A DNA stretch of 62,297 nucleotides, the filler included. It is 11 parts of 11 records of this genome, joined end to end, with 100 filler letters (N's around TTAATTAATTAA, not from the genome) between each part and the next. Parts side by side here need not be neighbours in the genome. Positions count along the whole stretch, not along the records: positions 1 to 3,518 come from SRR7504441_4711; positions 3,619 to 9,757 come from SRR7504441_4718; positions 9,858 to 14,300 come from SRR7504441_4719; 8 more parts are not named here. One strand, 5' to 3'. Under the pieces are notes generated by a model. That model did no database searches, was not told the origin of the DNA, and saw only the letters and a list, made by a program, of their open reading frames with translations. Shown here piece after piece: positions 1 to 12,333 of this stretch. The position numbers and the translations under genes are program-made. Position 1 is the first letter of the stretch. Every line of letters begins with the position of its first letter.

Positions 1-248
1 GACTTAAGTTGCGGGCCATTTAAAAATTCACTCAATGTACATAGTGTATTAACATTGTGTCGCTAAGCTATCGCTAATAAGCTTCACTAGCAAGGTTACG
101 ATTCATTACAAGGATTCATTACAAGTATTGTAATAATTATGACAAGTGTTGTATAATTATGATTTCAAGATCAATTGATTCAGGCCTACCTTCATAATTC
201 ATTACACCTTTGAATTGATTCATAATTCTGTCAAAAATCAGTCTGATG

Positions 249-1279
249 CTATCCCGGCCCAAGTAGACTGACATCATCTATATCAAACCATTGCTGCAAC
301 TCCGGCCGTAAACAAATCTGCATAGCACACAATGAGCACACTCGGATGTCGACATGGTGGGTGGAGCTTGCCTGTAATAGGTATTGATCTGTGGCCGCGT
401 CTAGTTGGACTACTGAAGCCATCCGGCTCTGCCCACCCGGGAGGAACAGCTTGGTACCCGGGGGCATCGCCAGGTTACGCCACTGCAAGCTGAGTGTTTG
501 ACCGCTCCCGTGAATTTTGACTAGAAACCGGCTAGACACATCGCCCCGGGCCTGGATGTCGCAGAGCTGCCCGTTCAGTTCGGGCTTGGACTTGAGCCCC
601 CGGATCCGCGCCCGCCGGACTAGTTGCAGCAGATTGGTCGGCCGGACTGACACTTCCTCCCACTGGACCACATTCGGAGCGCTCTTGTATACGCCTCTCA
701 CGCGCACATTGTACCGGAGCTTGGCTTCGTCGAAGTCCTTAATCATCCCGGCCTGCGCGTTCAGCCGGGCCGCCCCGGAGAGCGAGTGGAGCAGCACCCA
801 TATCCCAGGGTCAAGCTGGGTGCACTTGCCACGCGGGCCGATCTCCCGATGCTGCTTGTGGTCGCACCCGCAGCTCAGGCAGTTGAACGCTGCCACGTCC
901 GATTCGTGCGCCGGCTTGGGCTGGACGAATCCCGTCGGGCACCTGCCCCACCGGCGCTGGCGCCTGGGTGCGCTCGGCTGGCCGCCTGTCGCAGCTGGTG
1001 CAGCAGCCCCGGCGGACGGCGAACAAGTCGCAACTAAAATCAAAGCCGCCGAACGGCTCGCCCCTGTCCGGCCTGAACCACCTGGACCCTGCTGGCTCAC
1101 CGGTGCTTGGGCCGGCTGGTGGCATTGGCCGCGCCCTCGCTGGGGGGAGCTGGGGGGGCAGGCGGCGCTCCTGGGCCCTCGCCGGTGCGGGGCTGCTGCT
1201 CCGCGGCTGCCGGGCAGGCGTGCCGCCGGCGAGCCATCGGGGTGGGCAGCTCAGCGCCGCAGTGGGGGCAGGGCTCCAT
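249..1279 (-). CDS. Hypothetical protein with Cys/His zinc-binding motif and two 'GLxxxPELNG'-type SH3-like repeats; at least 2 introns
   Basis: Splicing ~1064-1100 (GT-AG) and 943-985 (GC-AG) gives MEPCPHCG...RGCCTSCDRCPTGF...CLSCGCDHKQH, then LHSLSGAARLNAQAG..RYNVRV and IRGLKSKPELNGQ..RFLVKI. Confidence 0.65.
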
Positions 1280-1395
1280 GGCCTAGCCGGCCAGTATGCC
1301 AAGCGACCGCGCTCGGCTCAAGCCGGCGGAGTGCCACGGGCAGAGTACCGTACCGGCTTTCCCTATCTTAACTCTGGCGCATCTCTGGCCGCACC

Positions 1396-3518
1396 ATGCC
1401 GAAGGACGACACGCTGGGCGCGGCGATGCGCAAGTGGGGCCGGATCATGAACCCGGACGGGATCGCCACGGCCCCTAACTGGGACCAGCTGGTCGAACAG
1501 ATGAGCAGCGGGAAGCCGCCCGAGCCCAGGGACGAGGCCGACGACCCGCAGGGCTTCCCTCGGGACGACGTCTTCAACAAGTTCGCCAGCCCGTGGGACT
1601 CGGCCCAGCACGACCTGTTCCACGGCAACCGGCTGGCTGTGGCCTGTGGAGTCTTCGCACGGAGCGTCACCCAAGGCCGGCCTGGGCGGCCGGGCGAATT
1701 CGACACACTGACTCTGGCTGTCCGCGGGGATCCAGCCACGGGGGCAATCTACTGGCAGGGCAGCGCCGACCCGCCGACCGCCCAATGGTCGGAGGTGGTG
1801 GTGCGGCTCCGCTCGATGTTTGACCCTGGCTGGCGGCGCCTGCTGTGCGCGCTCAGGGAAGAGGCGATCGTGCGCGTCGAGTGCGAGGAACACGTGGCCG
1901 GACGTTTCATCCAGACGCTGCTCCGGCACGCTGGGCACGACCTGCCGGAGATCGAGTTCGCCGACCAGTCGAACGTGTCGATCGAGCTCGAGCTGAAGCG
2001 GTCGGCGAGCATGCTCGACGTGAGCGAGTCGCGCGATGCCAGCTTGCTCAAGCAGCAGCTCCACCCGCCCGATGAGCCCGAGGCCGACTGCCCGAGCCCG
2101 CCCGACTGGGTCCAGATATGGGCCAGTCCGGGCGAGGCTCAGATCGAGTTCACTATCGGGCTGAGGCCCGAATGGGATTGGGCAGTCCCTGCGATCTGCA
2201 GCATGCGTGCCGGCGAGACAGCAGCAGTGATCGCCCGGGCAGCCCCCGGAGCTGGTGCGCCGGCACGCTGCGTGCTCTTATCGGCGGGGTGGCAGACGAG
2301 CGTCAGATGACTGTGCGGCTGGTCAGCTGGATGGTTCAGGAAGAACTGGTCGCGGATCTAGCGATGGTCAAGCGAACACTCGCCCGCGGCGAGGGCGAGC
2401 TGACGGCTCTGGTGGGCTTCCCCGGCCGCGCGGGCGCGATTGGTGCGGACAGGACCATTTCGAGCTGCAGGTGCAGTTCTGTGCGACTCGGGCGGGGAAG
2501 ATGCCGATAGATGCGCACGTGTGGCGCGGCGGGGTGCTCCCAGATCTGCCTAGTGGGCTGCCGGAGCCTGTGGCGCTCTGCGCTCGCACTATGCGGCGGG
2601 GCGAGTTCGCGGCGGTGATGGCCAAGTCACCGGACAGCGACGAGTACGAGCAGCTGTACCTTGTGAGCCTGGAGAGAATGACACGCGTGGAGAAGCTATT
2701 TGGTGCGGGCACTTGCACTGTGATGAGTGACTGTGCCCGGCAGGTGGGGACTGGACCAAGACGGCGCTGCTGCCGGACGATCTCGATTTGCTCGAGCCGC
2801 TGCTGGTGGCTGGCAATGGCGTGCATGTGAACGACGACGAGGCTTCGGTGGCCGTGAGCGTGTGTTGCCGGTGTCTGAGCAGTCAGCTGACGTTGCTGGA
2901 GGGGATGGCGACCCTCCAGCTGGGGGACGATCCGTACTGGACCCACCTGCTGGTCTCGATGTACAAGGGCGAGTACAGCAAGTTGTGTGTGCCCGGCGAG
3001 CCGGCCGGATCAATGCTCAGTTACGTATCGAGCGCAATGGGCGTCACTGCAGGTCAGGCCACGGCCTGTGGGATCGAGTTCGAAGTGCGAGTGCTCGAAG
3101 TGGCGCCCGCTCCGGTCAAGGCCGACATGAGCCCGAGTGAGCGGGTGGTGTACGCCCGGGCTGTGAAGGCTCGGGCGAATGGAATATTTAAACTTGGTGC
3201 GCCCGCTCAGTGGCTGGTGCTGAGAGTGCTGCGTGCAGGTGAGATGGAGCCAGCTATGGTCAAGTACCTGCGAGTAATTTGGCTGCTGGGCGACGCGGAG
3301 CCAACTGAATTCGTGCCTGGCAAACTGTCGGAGTTTCTGGATCAGGCGGGGAACTGTGCAGAGTTCGACGAGCCTGATGCGGGTGCAGGACCGTGCGACG
3401 GCTGGCTGAGCTGGTCGGCAGGCGCGCTGTGGAATTCTGCCATTTTAAACTGCGCCGCTGTGGCGATTAAGCTCGAGGATTGGGCTGGAGCGTGCAAAAC
3501 GTGCGAGATGGTCCTGGA
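1396..3518 (+). CDS. Multi-FKBP-domain + TPR immunophilin-like protein (FKBP62/65-like, divergent), 3' truncated by contig end
   Basis: ORFs 1396, 2118, 2255 and 2788 join via ~40-nt GT-AG introns; repeated FKBP motifs (ICSMRAGETA, ARTMRRGEFA, VSMYKGEYS) then TPR (KARANGIFK..., LNCAAVAIKLEDWAGACKTCEMVL). Confidence 0.75.
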
Positions 3519-3618
3519 NNNNNNNNNNNNNNNNNNNNNNNNNNNNNNNNNNNNNNNNNNNNTTAATTAATTAANNNNNNNNNNNNNNNNNNNNNNNNNN
3601 NNNNNNNNNNNNNNNNNN
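3519..3618. other. Artificial contig spacer
   Basis: 100 nt of N with central TTAATTAATTAA; same spacer at 9758-9857, 14301-14400, 21904-22003, 28077-28176, 34903-35002, 40181-40280, 43704-43803, 52033-52132 and 58688-58787. Confidence 0.99.
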
Positions 3619-3622
3619 GAGG

Positions 3623-6600
3623 ATGGCAGACTTGATGGACCAAGCTGCTATGGGGGGGCAGCTTGCCGGAGGAGAGGGAGGCGATGCTCAAACTAATGGT
3701 GGCTGGTTGTCAGGAGCGATGAGCAACAATGGTGCTAAACAAGGTGGCTGGATGACAGGATTGAAAGGCAACAGCGGTGCATCAGATCTTTTGGAAGCGA
3801 TCCGAATCGGGAACAGAGAGGGCCCTGGCTTGAGAGGGACTCCCAAAGTTGATGTCACGCAGGTGACACAGGACTTGGAGGCAGGCCTGGCTGAGGATAT
3901 GATCACATCATCGATGCTGCTTGAAGGGTCGCAGGTAGTGCGAGCCGCAGCAGGCAGATGTAGCGAGGGTCAGAAGGTAGTATCTGCGCTGAGCAGAATG
4001 GCAGATCTTTTAGAGAAGGCGGGCAGTGGTGCAGCTAGTGAACTCAATAAATACCAGGACCAGGACTCCGCAGGGCGCAGGGCGATGTCAAGCACCAGGG
4101 CTGACGCGCTCAGAGAAATAAATTCCAGATTATATTCTGGACCCAAGATCTCGCCAGAGCGAGCTAAAGGGGACATGGGTGGTAATTGGCTCAGAGGACT
4201 CAAAAGGGGAAGTGGCTTGGAAGAAGCGGTGCGAATCGGAAAGAGAGAAGGGCCAGAGCTTGCCGGACAGCCTCAGGCTGACGTTACAGGAGTTGCTACC
4301 GCGCTAGAGCAAGCGCTAGCAGACAATGCTGTATCGCGCCGGCTGCTTGTCAACTCAGCACAGAGCATCCGAAATGTTGCCTCTCTTCTTAAGTATCCCG
4401 ACTCGGCTGCTGTCAGCAGATTGTCTCATCGTCGTGAGGCCGACTACGTAGCCTCCCTACAGCGGGCTCAGATGTTGAATCAAATGGCCTCTTTGATCGA
4501 AGATGCAATTCAACCCGAAGATCAAGGCTCGAGCGATGCGAACTCAAACGCGTATGACGATCTGATTTGGCAAGCGATTGCGATCGGCAAAAAGCAAGGT
4601 GTTGTCCTCAGTGGTATTCCGCAAGAGAGCATTCAGAGAGTGACCCGTGCATTGGTACGATTAGTCGCCGAAGGGCGCGCATCGAACCAGCAGCTTGATG
4701 AGTGCGCACTAGAGGTTTGCAGAGTTGCCCATATCTGTGAGCAATCTGGGAATTCAGCTTCGCACACCCAGTTGAACACCATGCATGGTTTGATTCGGAA
4801 TGCGATCGGTGCTCTGAAGGCTAGTGCTGTCAACAAGTCTAGTTTAGAAGAAGCACTTGAAATTGGCACTGCACAGCTTTCAGACTTGAAGGGACGGGCA
4901 CGTGCGCAATTGCTAGATGTCAATCAGTGGATTCAGGGTGCAATCGAACGCCCAAAGGACGTGAGACTACACAATTTGAATGAACAAGCGTTGGTGATTG
5001 CAACAGTGATGAAAACATGTCGTCCCAGATCGCACACGCAGAAGCAGCTCTCTAAGATGAAAAGTCTGATCAAGAAAGTTGCGGGATCGGGGCAGCTGCA
5101 AGCAGCTCGCATCCAAGGCCTGCTTGCTGGCCATAGTGTGCGAAGGCAGGCGAGCGCACTTGCTTCCAAACACCATCAATCCCCTCAAGAAAATCTACCA
5201 CGTAAATCGCTGAGTGACATACATGACGAGGCAGCCCATCGGATCCAGCATTTTGCTCGCAATTATTGCTTACAGCAAAAGCTTCAGCGGAGAATATTGG
5301 AGACTGCAAGCGATCGATCCGTAAATCATCCAGTGGGCAACAGTTTTGGTGATTCGATGGCCACAGTGGCTAAAGTGCTGAAGCATGCTGCTGGCCTGAG
5401 TAGTATGTCCCGAGGCTTTCCTCAAATGATCAATTGGAGCAACGAAGTGGCAAGCTTGGCACAGACCTGCCAAGCTGCAGCTAATTTTACTCATATAGAC
5501 AATATAACAAAGTCGATCAAAGCCATGCAAGACGGGTTGCTTGGTTTGGCGGTTCCGAAGGACAGCTTTGATGTTTGCTTACTTGATCATGTGCTGCTGG
5601 CTGCATTGGATTTGCTTCCATTGCCATATGATACCAGAAACCAATCATGCTGCCTCAGTCATCATCTTCGATGTGCAGCTCACCATGGCAGGGCAATACA
5701 TAAGATGATATCACGTCAAAGCGTTGCTGACACTAGGGCGAACTCGAGTAGGAGTAAACTATCTCAACAGGTTTCTATCCAGGCTTCAGCGCTTGGTGCA
5801 CTTTCCCGGACATCTTCCCCGCAGCTTTCGATCGACTTGAAAGTACCCATAGTAGCGTTGTACGAGATGCTACTCAGACACCAAGACCAATTGGATAATA
5901 TTGAACTTGTTACCCTAGAAGCAATGCTCAGCCAGCTGGAGACAGCCTTCGAGCTTGTAGTCAACGAGGAGATTGAAGCTCTGATTGGAGAATTAGTAGC
6001 CCTTGTCAACTCTTTGAATAGCCGCCAAATCTTGCATTCGCACAGCAGACGCCCTAAGGAACTCAGTACTCAAGCACAGCATTTGGGGTCATCTCAGCTC
6101 AGCGCCATTGCCGCATTCTTGGAACCATTGATACTAGATAATAATTCACAAGGAGAGAGAGCCGAAGTGATTGGCACATATCTGGCTGAGCATGACCTCG
6201 CCATTGCAGACCTAAATGCCAACATTGGGGAGATCTGCTACTTTGTGATACAGAAACTTGCGCTTCAAAATATGTCGAGCGCGCGAAGCCTGTACCTCGT
6301 AGTGGCAAGTGCGGGGAAGAGTTTGGATGCTTTGAAATCACTTGAGTCATGCGCGCTGCAAGCGCTCTGTTCGGCTGAGCCGTGGATCGTTGTGCAAAGG
6401 TACCTGTTGGATGAAGTTCACCTGCAGCAACCCCAGCTGCGGTCGGGAGAAAGGGTGGCCCTGTCAAAGCTTCATGACGCAATGCGATTAGACTTTGATT
6501 CCGCCCATGCATCTGCTTTATTGGAGGCTGCTGATACTGCACATCGTGTTGTAGAGATCATGGAGCAATCCTCGAATGCGAATATCCGAGATTATATTCC

Positions 6601-9021
6601 TGAGGTGACAGGATATTTGCATCAAGCTGATGGACATCGGCTGCTTTTGTCTGATCTTATGCAGCTATCATCTGATGTTTCTACGAGTGGTCACAAGGAC
6701 ATGCTTCGTACTCTTTCACTTGCAGTGATTGCTGCACAAAGAGTTGAGTGGTTCGACAACGCCCGGAGCAATGCCACAAAGGTGGTTCACTCCCCTTGTT
6801 TAAAAGTATTGTCTTGGATTTTATACACGAATTGTAGGGTGTGGGATGTGTTGTTTGATGGCAGCTCTGATTCACGTGTGTTAGGTGAGTGTCGCCATTA
6901 GACAGCTCGAAGCAGCGTCAGGGTCGCTTCGTGGATCCAGAGAGGCTGCAGATCTTCAGCACGTTATCCAACATTTGGAGCTAGCAACAAGCTGTGGGAC
7001 ATTTCACCACAGGGCATCTCAATTGCGCACCGTGCTGTCCAGACTTCCATCAGAGATCTCAGAGATATTGGAGGAAGTGTTCATTCTTGACTCCGAACTA
7101 GAGCATGGTCGGAGGGATTTGTTGGTGCGTGGACTTTGTCATGAGATCATGTATCTGTGTGAATCAACAGAGGCGCTGGCCAAGATCCATCCGGATCACA
7201 GCTTCATCGCAACCCTCGAATTGATCTGGAGTGAGCTAAGTGCAGCTCTACATGGCAGCACTCCGCTGTTGCAGAACACTGAACGGTTTTACAATTGCTG
7301 GGTCATTCTAAAGAGGAACTACGAGCTGGATCGCAGCTCATACGATAGTTTTGGGTGTCAGACCACCCAGGAGGTGGAGAGGTTGATCTTTGCAATCTTG
7401 TGCGAGATGAATTCTGCAAGGCGACTGACTCTAGAGCTTCAAGCACAGAACTGGGCCAGTCAGTTCGGAATCACACTGAGTACATTAGCCAGTATTTGCA
7501 GGAGCGGGACATTTGGCGCCAGCACGCAGACTGTGTCAATCCAGCTCGACAATCTTTTGACAGTTGATTGTCCTGCAGCCCAAATCCGTATTTTTGAGGT
7601 GAGTCAGGCGGTAAAGATAGTCGCGGAAATGTGGGAATCAGAACCTGAGCCTGGGGTCGACATGCTACTGGTGCGTCCATTGGAAGAATTGCAAGCACTC
7701 GTTCAAGAGATGTCTACTGCTGAGGTGGAAGCTGCCTGGGCGAGTTCCTGTGCAGTGGCTGCAACAGGCACGGTAACGTCAGGCTTATATGCAAGTTTGA
7801 CCTAATGATTTCTTGTGGTGTCAGGTCTATGCGGTTCATAAGCTAGCAACAGAGCAGAGCATGAATGCCTTTGACAAAGCACATACATGTTATCAGCAGC
7901 ACAGCAAAAACACTGCTGTCCGGGAACATATATGGCACGCTTTCGAGGCTTGCCTAGCAGCAGGGCTGCTTCGCCCGACAGCGTGTGCCCCTCTCATTCG
8001 TGCCCTAGTATTGCCATGCGATGGAGCTCTGGTGCAGCTGCACAGTAGCGCATCAGCAATACCAGAGGAGCTTATTGCGGCCCATGCTCACATTCTCGCT
8101 GCAATAGAGAGCCTGAGTGCCTCGGTGCAGAACCATGGATCCACGTTGCAGGCCCTTAAGGCACCTGAGGGTTCGTCACTGGCCATGCACAGACAGAACG
8201 GCATGGATTTGCTCTTCTCCCGTATGGCAAGCCGCAGGGCTCTATTGCTGTGGGGATTCACAAGCTGGGCAGAGCACCTTCGCAAAACTCAAGGCTTCCA
8301 CTTTCTTGAAGCAACTCTGAGTGAAGAGGTAGCTGGCAAGCTGCAACAACAGACCCAGCTCTCAGCTACGTTCGAGCGATGGGCAATGAGCGTAGATAAG
8401 GGAACACTACGGAGAGACTACAACTATCAGGTAAGAATAATGCAGCATCGCATCAACTTGCTGCAAGCTGGGAAGGCCCCAACCAACTTCTCGCCTGTGT
8501 TTACCCTTTCCGTTTGCTTTACCCTATGGAAATCGAGGGTTGAGTGGAGAGCCAACCACACGACTGTGACACATTCGAGCTTGAACGGTACGTTGGCTTC
8601 CTCGTGGACTTGGTTCACTAGAACAGTTTCCCTATGGTACCGCTGGGCGCTCTACAGCGGGTTCCAGGTTTGGCACTCTGAAAGTCGTGCTCAAAGATGG
8701 CATCGAGAAGTGAACCAACTATCTCCCACAGTTGTGCAGCAGGACAAGATGCTAAGGAGTGCCAACAGCATAATTTCTGAGCAGGTTGAAATGATGAGGG
8801 CCTGCAATGTGATAGACGAATGGGGGCAACACATGAAACAAACCGCTGGAGAGCATATCCATTCCCTGAAGGAGCTTTCGTATACGCCAGGCTGTGAAGC
8901 AATTGGACATAATAGTAGTGGGCAAAAAGGCAATTCAACCGTCTTGGACTCGCTCGCGCACTTGCGCAATTCTCATCAATCGTGGGTTCGAAATCGCTCA
9001 AGCCGAATAGGCTCGACATGA
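3623..9021 (+). CDS. Large helical hypothetical protein with four N-terminal repeats and two IQ-like motifs; 2 introns (6782-6884, 7773-7824); possibly 5' partial
   Basis: ORFs 3623, 6885 and 7813 join in frame through GT-AG introns; IQ-like AARIQGLLAGHSVRR and AAHRIQHFARNY; W-spaced Sfi1-like helices near the C-terminus. Confidence 0.7.
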
Positions 9022-10092
9022 TCTAAACATGATCAATTTAATCTGATGCCAATCATAATTTAAGGTGAATAAGGGAAATCGTCAAAATAAAAATTTGATG
9101 CTTACATTACAAGTGTCCGATTGTCCGTGTCATGGTGACATGGTCCGTGTGCAGTATTGTACGAACGAGTACGAACGTGAGTAAACGTGAGCAAGGTTCA
9201 TAAATGTACACTCTAGTGATTCTACTAGGCGACCAAGCTGTGCGGCTGCAGCCCCTATTTACTATAGATCCAAGGGATCCACACTTGTGTCGGCCCAAAG
9301 CGATTTGTTACCCGGTCACCCATTAGTCTAGAAATATTGTGGGTCCCAAAAATTCGAAATTTGACTCCGTGAACGCTAGCGGCGGGGCGAGCGTATGAGC
9401 ACGTTGACATGATGCATAGATGCGATTTAGAGCTCTTGATTGGGTTTGTGTTGAAATTGTTTATGAATCGAAGCCCGATTAATCGAAACAGTACCCTGGA
9501 ATTAATTGCGTTTAAGTGGAAGCAGCGAACCCACCCGGCCGGGAAAGGCTAGAAAGCACCTTTGCGGTAGCCTAAACTCGGCCCACGTGCGTCGAAGCCA
9601 ACTGATGAGCAAGTGGAAGCGGAGCGGGATTGTTATCTAGGAGAAAATGCAATGCATCCATTAATTATCGGGCTGTGACTAGTCACCTCGGTAGAAGATT
9701 TACTAGTCTATACCATTAAATAGAGCTATTTCACTTTATACAAAGATCCAATTGGAGNNNNNNNNNNNNNNNNNNNNNNNNNNNNNNNNNNNNNNNNNNN
9801 NTTAATTAATTAANNNNNNNNNNNNNNNNNNNNNNNNNNNNNNNNNNNNNNNNNNNNACTGCGCCGCCGGCCGTGCGGGCAAGGCATCGGCGACGCGGAT
9901 TTCAGCGTGCGCTGAGATTGCCTCAACGGCTCAACCGTGCTGCCGTTATTACGGGGTCATGTAGTACATTTATCAGATTTGATTTCAAGTCAGGGGCCCT
10001 GATGAACCTGAGGCTCACATGACCTAGGTTTCATACGGTCATTATATTTAATTAAGACACTCAGATAGTTATTACAAGTCATGTATGTTCAA

Positions 10093-12149
10093 CTATAACA
10101 GCTTTTCAAGGGCCTCTCCTAATACTCCTTTTGTTTGGACGAGGGCATCCTTGGCTAGATCGTACTCAAACCCCATTGAGGCCAGCTCCATCACCAGCTC
10201 CTCGGGTGGGTTGTAATCCCGGCTCATGTAGGTGTCAACCGCCACCTGCACATCGTACGCCGCATCTCGCAGCAAGTCGGCCGCCAAATCGAGGTCTGTG
10301 CACCCTGTAATCTCCACAAACTGAGCAGCTGCCTCCTCGGTCACGGCAGGGTCCTCCTTAGCAGCATCCTTAGAAACAGTAGACTCCTCCTTGCTCGGGC
10401 TGCAGACGTCTGGTTGGAATGCGTTGATCGCATTGATGTCGCCCTGCTCCTTGTGCTTCTTGAGCGCGGCATCAATGTCGCCCTGCAGCCACCTCTTGCG
10501 CTCCAGCTTGGCGCAGCTGCTGATTTGCGTAGGGTCAACTTGGTCCATCCATAGCACCGGCACGCCCTGCGCCTTGCTCATCTGCTTTATCTGGTCCGCC
10601 CATTTCCCGTCCCTGTACTCCGGCTGTAGCACAAAGGCGGCCACATCGTGCTTGAGCGCCACCTCGCCGTGTATCTGGCACTCCTTGTAGCTGCCTATCA
10701 CGCTCGAGTGGGCCCAATTCTGCACGCCGCACGCCACAGAGAGCACGGCCTGGAGCTCTGGGTCAGTGAAAGCCTGAAGCACGTGAGCAAAGTAGTCGCA
10801 CGAGGCGAGCATCTTAAGCTGGCCGCCGCCCGAGTCCTGGTTGGAGAACGAGCAGCGCAGCCGCACGTGCTTGAGCACCATGTAGCACCGCCCGTACCCG
10901 TAGGCCGACGCGATCCCTGCCAGCTCAGTCAGCAGCTGATCGGAATCTGAGTCACCTCGCGGGTCGGCCACCACGTTCATCACGCCGTACTTGACTCTGT
11001 CAAACGGCTTAGCCTGCTTGTAGCTCTCTGCGAACAGGCTGTCCTCCCAAGCGCTGCGCTGGTTCTTGTCGTTGAGCCCGCTGCTTGTGCCGGTCTCGAA
11101 CTGGTTTCTGTAGTGCGAGTCGGTGGTCAGGTGCCCGATCATCTTCTCGAGATGAAAGTGGATGATGATCGGAGCCTCCTCCCGGATGTAATCCAGACAG
11201 CGCTGCAGCTGAGCCTCCGAGTAGCCTAACCTCTCCACCCGTGGCTGCAGCTCCACGAAGGCCTCGCCGTACAGCTGCCCAGCCCTCAGCCCTGGCCGTG
11301 CCCAATGCTGCCTGCTTGGCGTTCGCTCTCACGTGGCAGAGCGCCTGGGTCTGCTCTGCAGTGAGCATGTCTGTGCTGGCCATGTCTTCCACAGGCGGAG
11401 GCTGGCCCAGCGCGTACCTGCCTCCGCTTGAGCCACGCCCGGCCAGCCGCCCACCCGCTGGCTGACACCACCCGCCCGAGCGAGGCCGGCCCGACCCAGC
11501 CCTTGCCCCCGCTCGACGAGAGCTGGACCAGCGCCGTGACCGAGTCGACGAACGTGCACGGCCTGTGTGAGAGCAGCCGGCCTGCGGAGGCCAGGTTGAC
11601 CCTCTCGATCAGCTGGAGCGTGAGCGGGTCTCGCATCAGGAAGTCGCCCGAGAATCTGGGCCTGATTTGGACTGTGATCGGGGTGTAAGGGTACTTGAGC
11701 GGGTCCTCCACCCGGCAGAGGACCGTGACCGGCATGTTGCAAAACATGGCCCGCTGGTGCAGCCGGAACCAGAACTCGGGCTGCTTTATCAGATCGTCGG
11801 GGAACATGATCGCCTGCACGTCCGAGTCGCGCGAGCCGGCCTGGAGCAGCGACCCGAGCTCCCCAATGTCCTGGGTCAGCCGCCGCTCGGCCTCCGCCGG
11901 CGACACGGCCAGCCGCGCGTCCTTCTGCACCGAGCTGCGCGCGGCCTCCTGCGCGTCGGCCAGCCTGGCGCTGATGGCTGCCGGCGGGTGGTCGGGCTGC
12001 TGCTGCTGCTGCTCGGGGGGGGCGCCCCTGTCCTGCATGTGGCGAGCCACCTTCTCGTCCACGGTCAAGTCGTGCTCCGGGTCCCAGAAGTCATCCGAAT
12101 CGCTCCCCCGGTGCCAACCCTCGTCGGACGAGCCCTCGCTCCCCTCCAT
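10093..12149 (-). CDS. RWD/UBC-like + DUF3626 + UBA-like + UBA domain protein
   Basis: YPYTPITVQIRPRF (RWD/E2-like); IIIHF..YRNQFETGTSSG..KYGVMN..YGRC..YKECQIHG (DUF3626); QFVEITGC..AVDTY and LASMGFEYDLAKDALVQTKG (UBA); introns include GC-AG 11275-11311. Confidence 0.75.
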
Positions 12150-12333
12150 AGCCCCGACCGCCTTTAGCGAGGGTGCCTGTGGAAACCGACCCGAGCCCCG
12201 CGACCCCTCCTCAGCAACAGCACCTCCCGCCTGTCCGCAAGCGCTGAGGAGATCCCTGTCCGGACAAATCTCTGGAGGGGCTGCGTTGAGCTTTCTCCAA
12301 CAAGATGGCCTCAAGCCTTGCCCCCGCAAGAGA

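Noticed and set aside
9600-9650. Hammerhead ribozyme from CTGATGAG
   Set aside because: No stem II followed by GAAA and no matching cleavage-site helices
9905-10015. TPP riboswitch (GCTGAGA ... GAACCTGA)
   Set aside because: Motifs are too far apart and the P1/P4/P5 elements are absent
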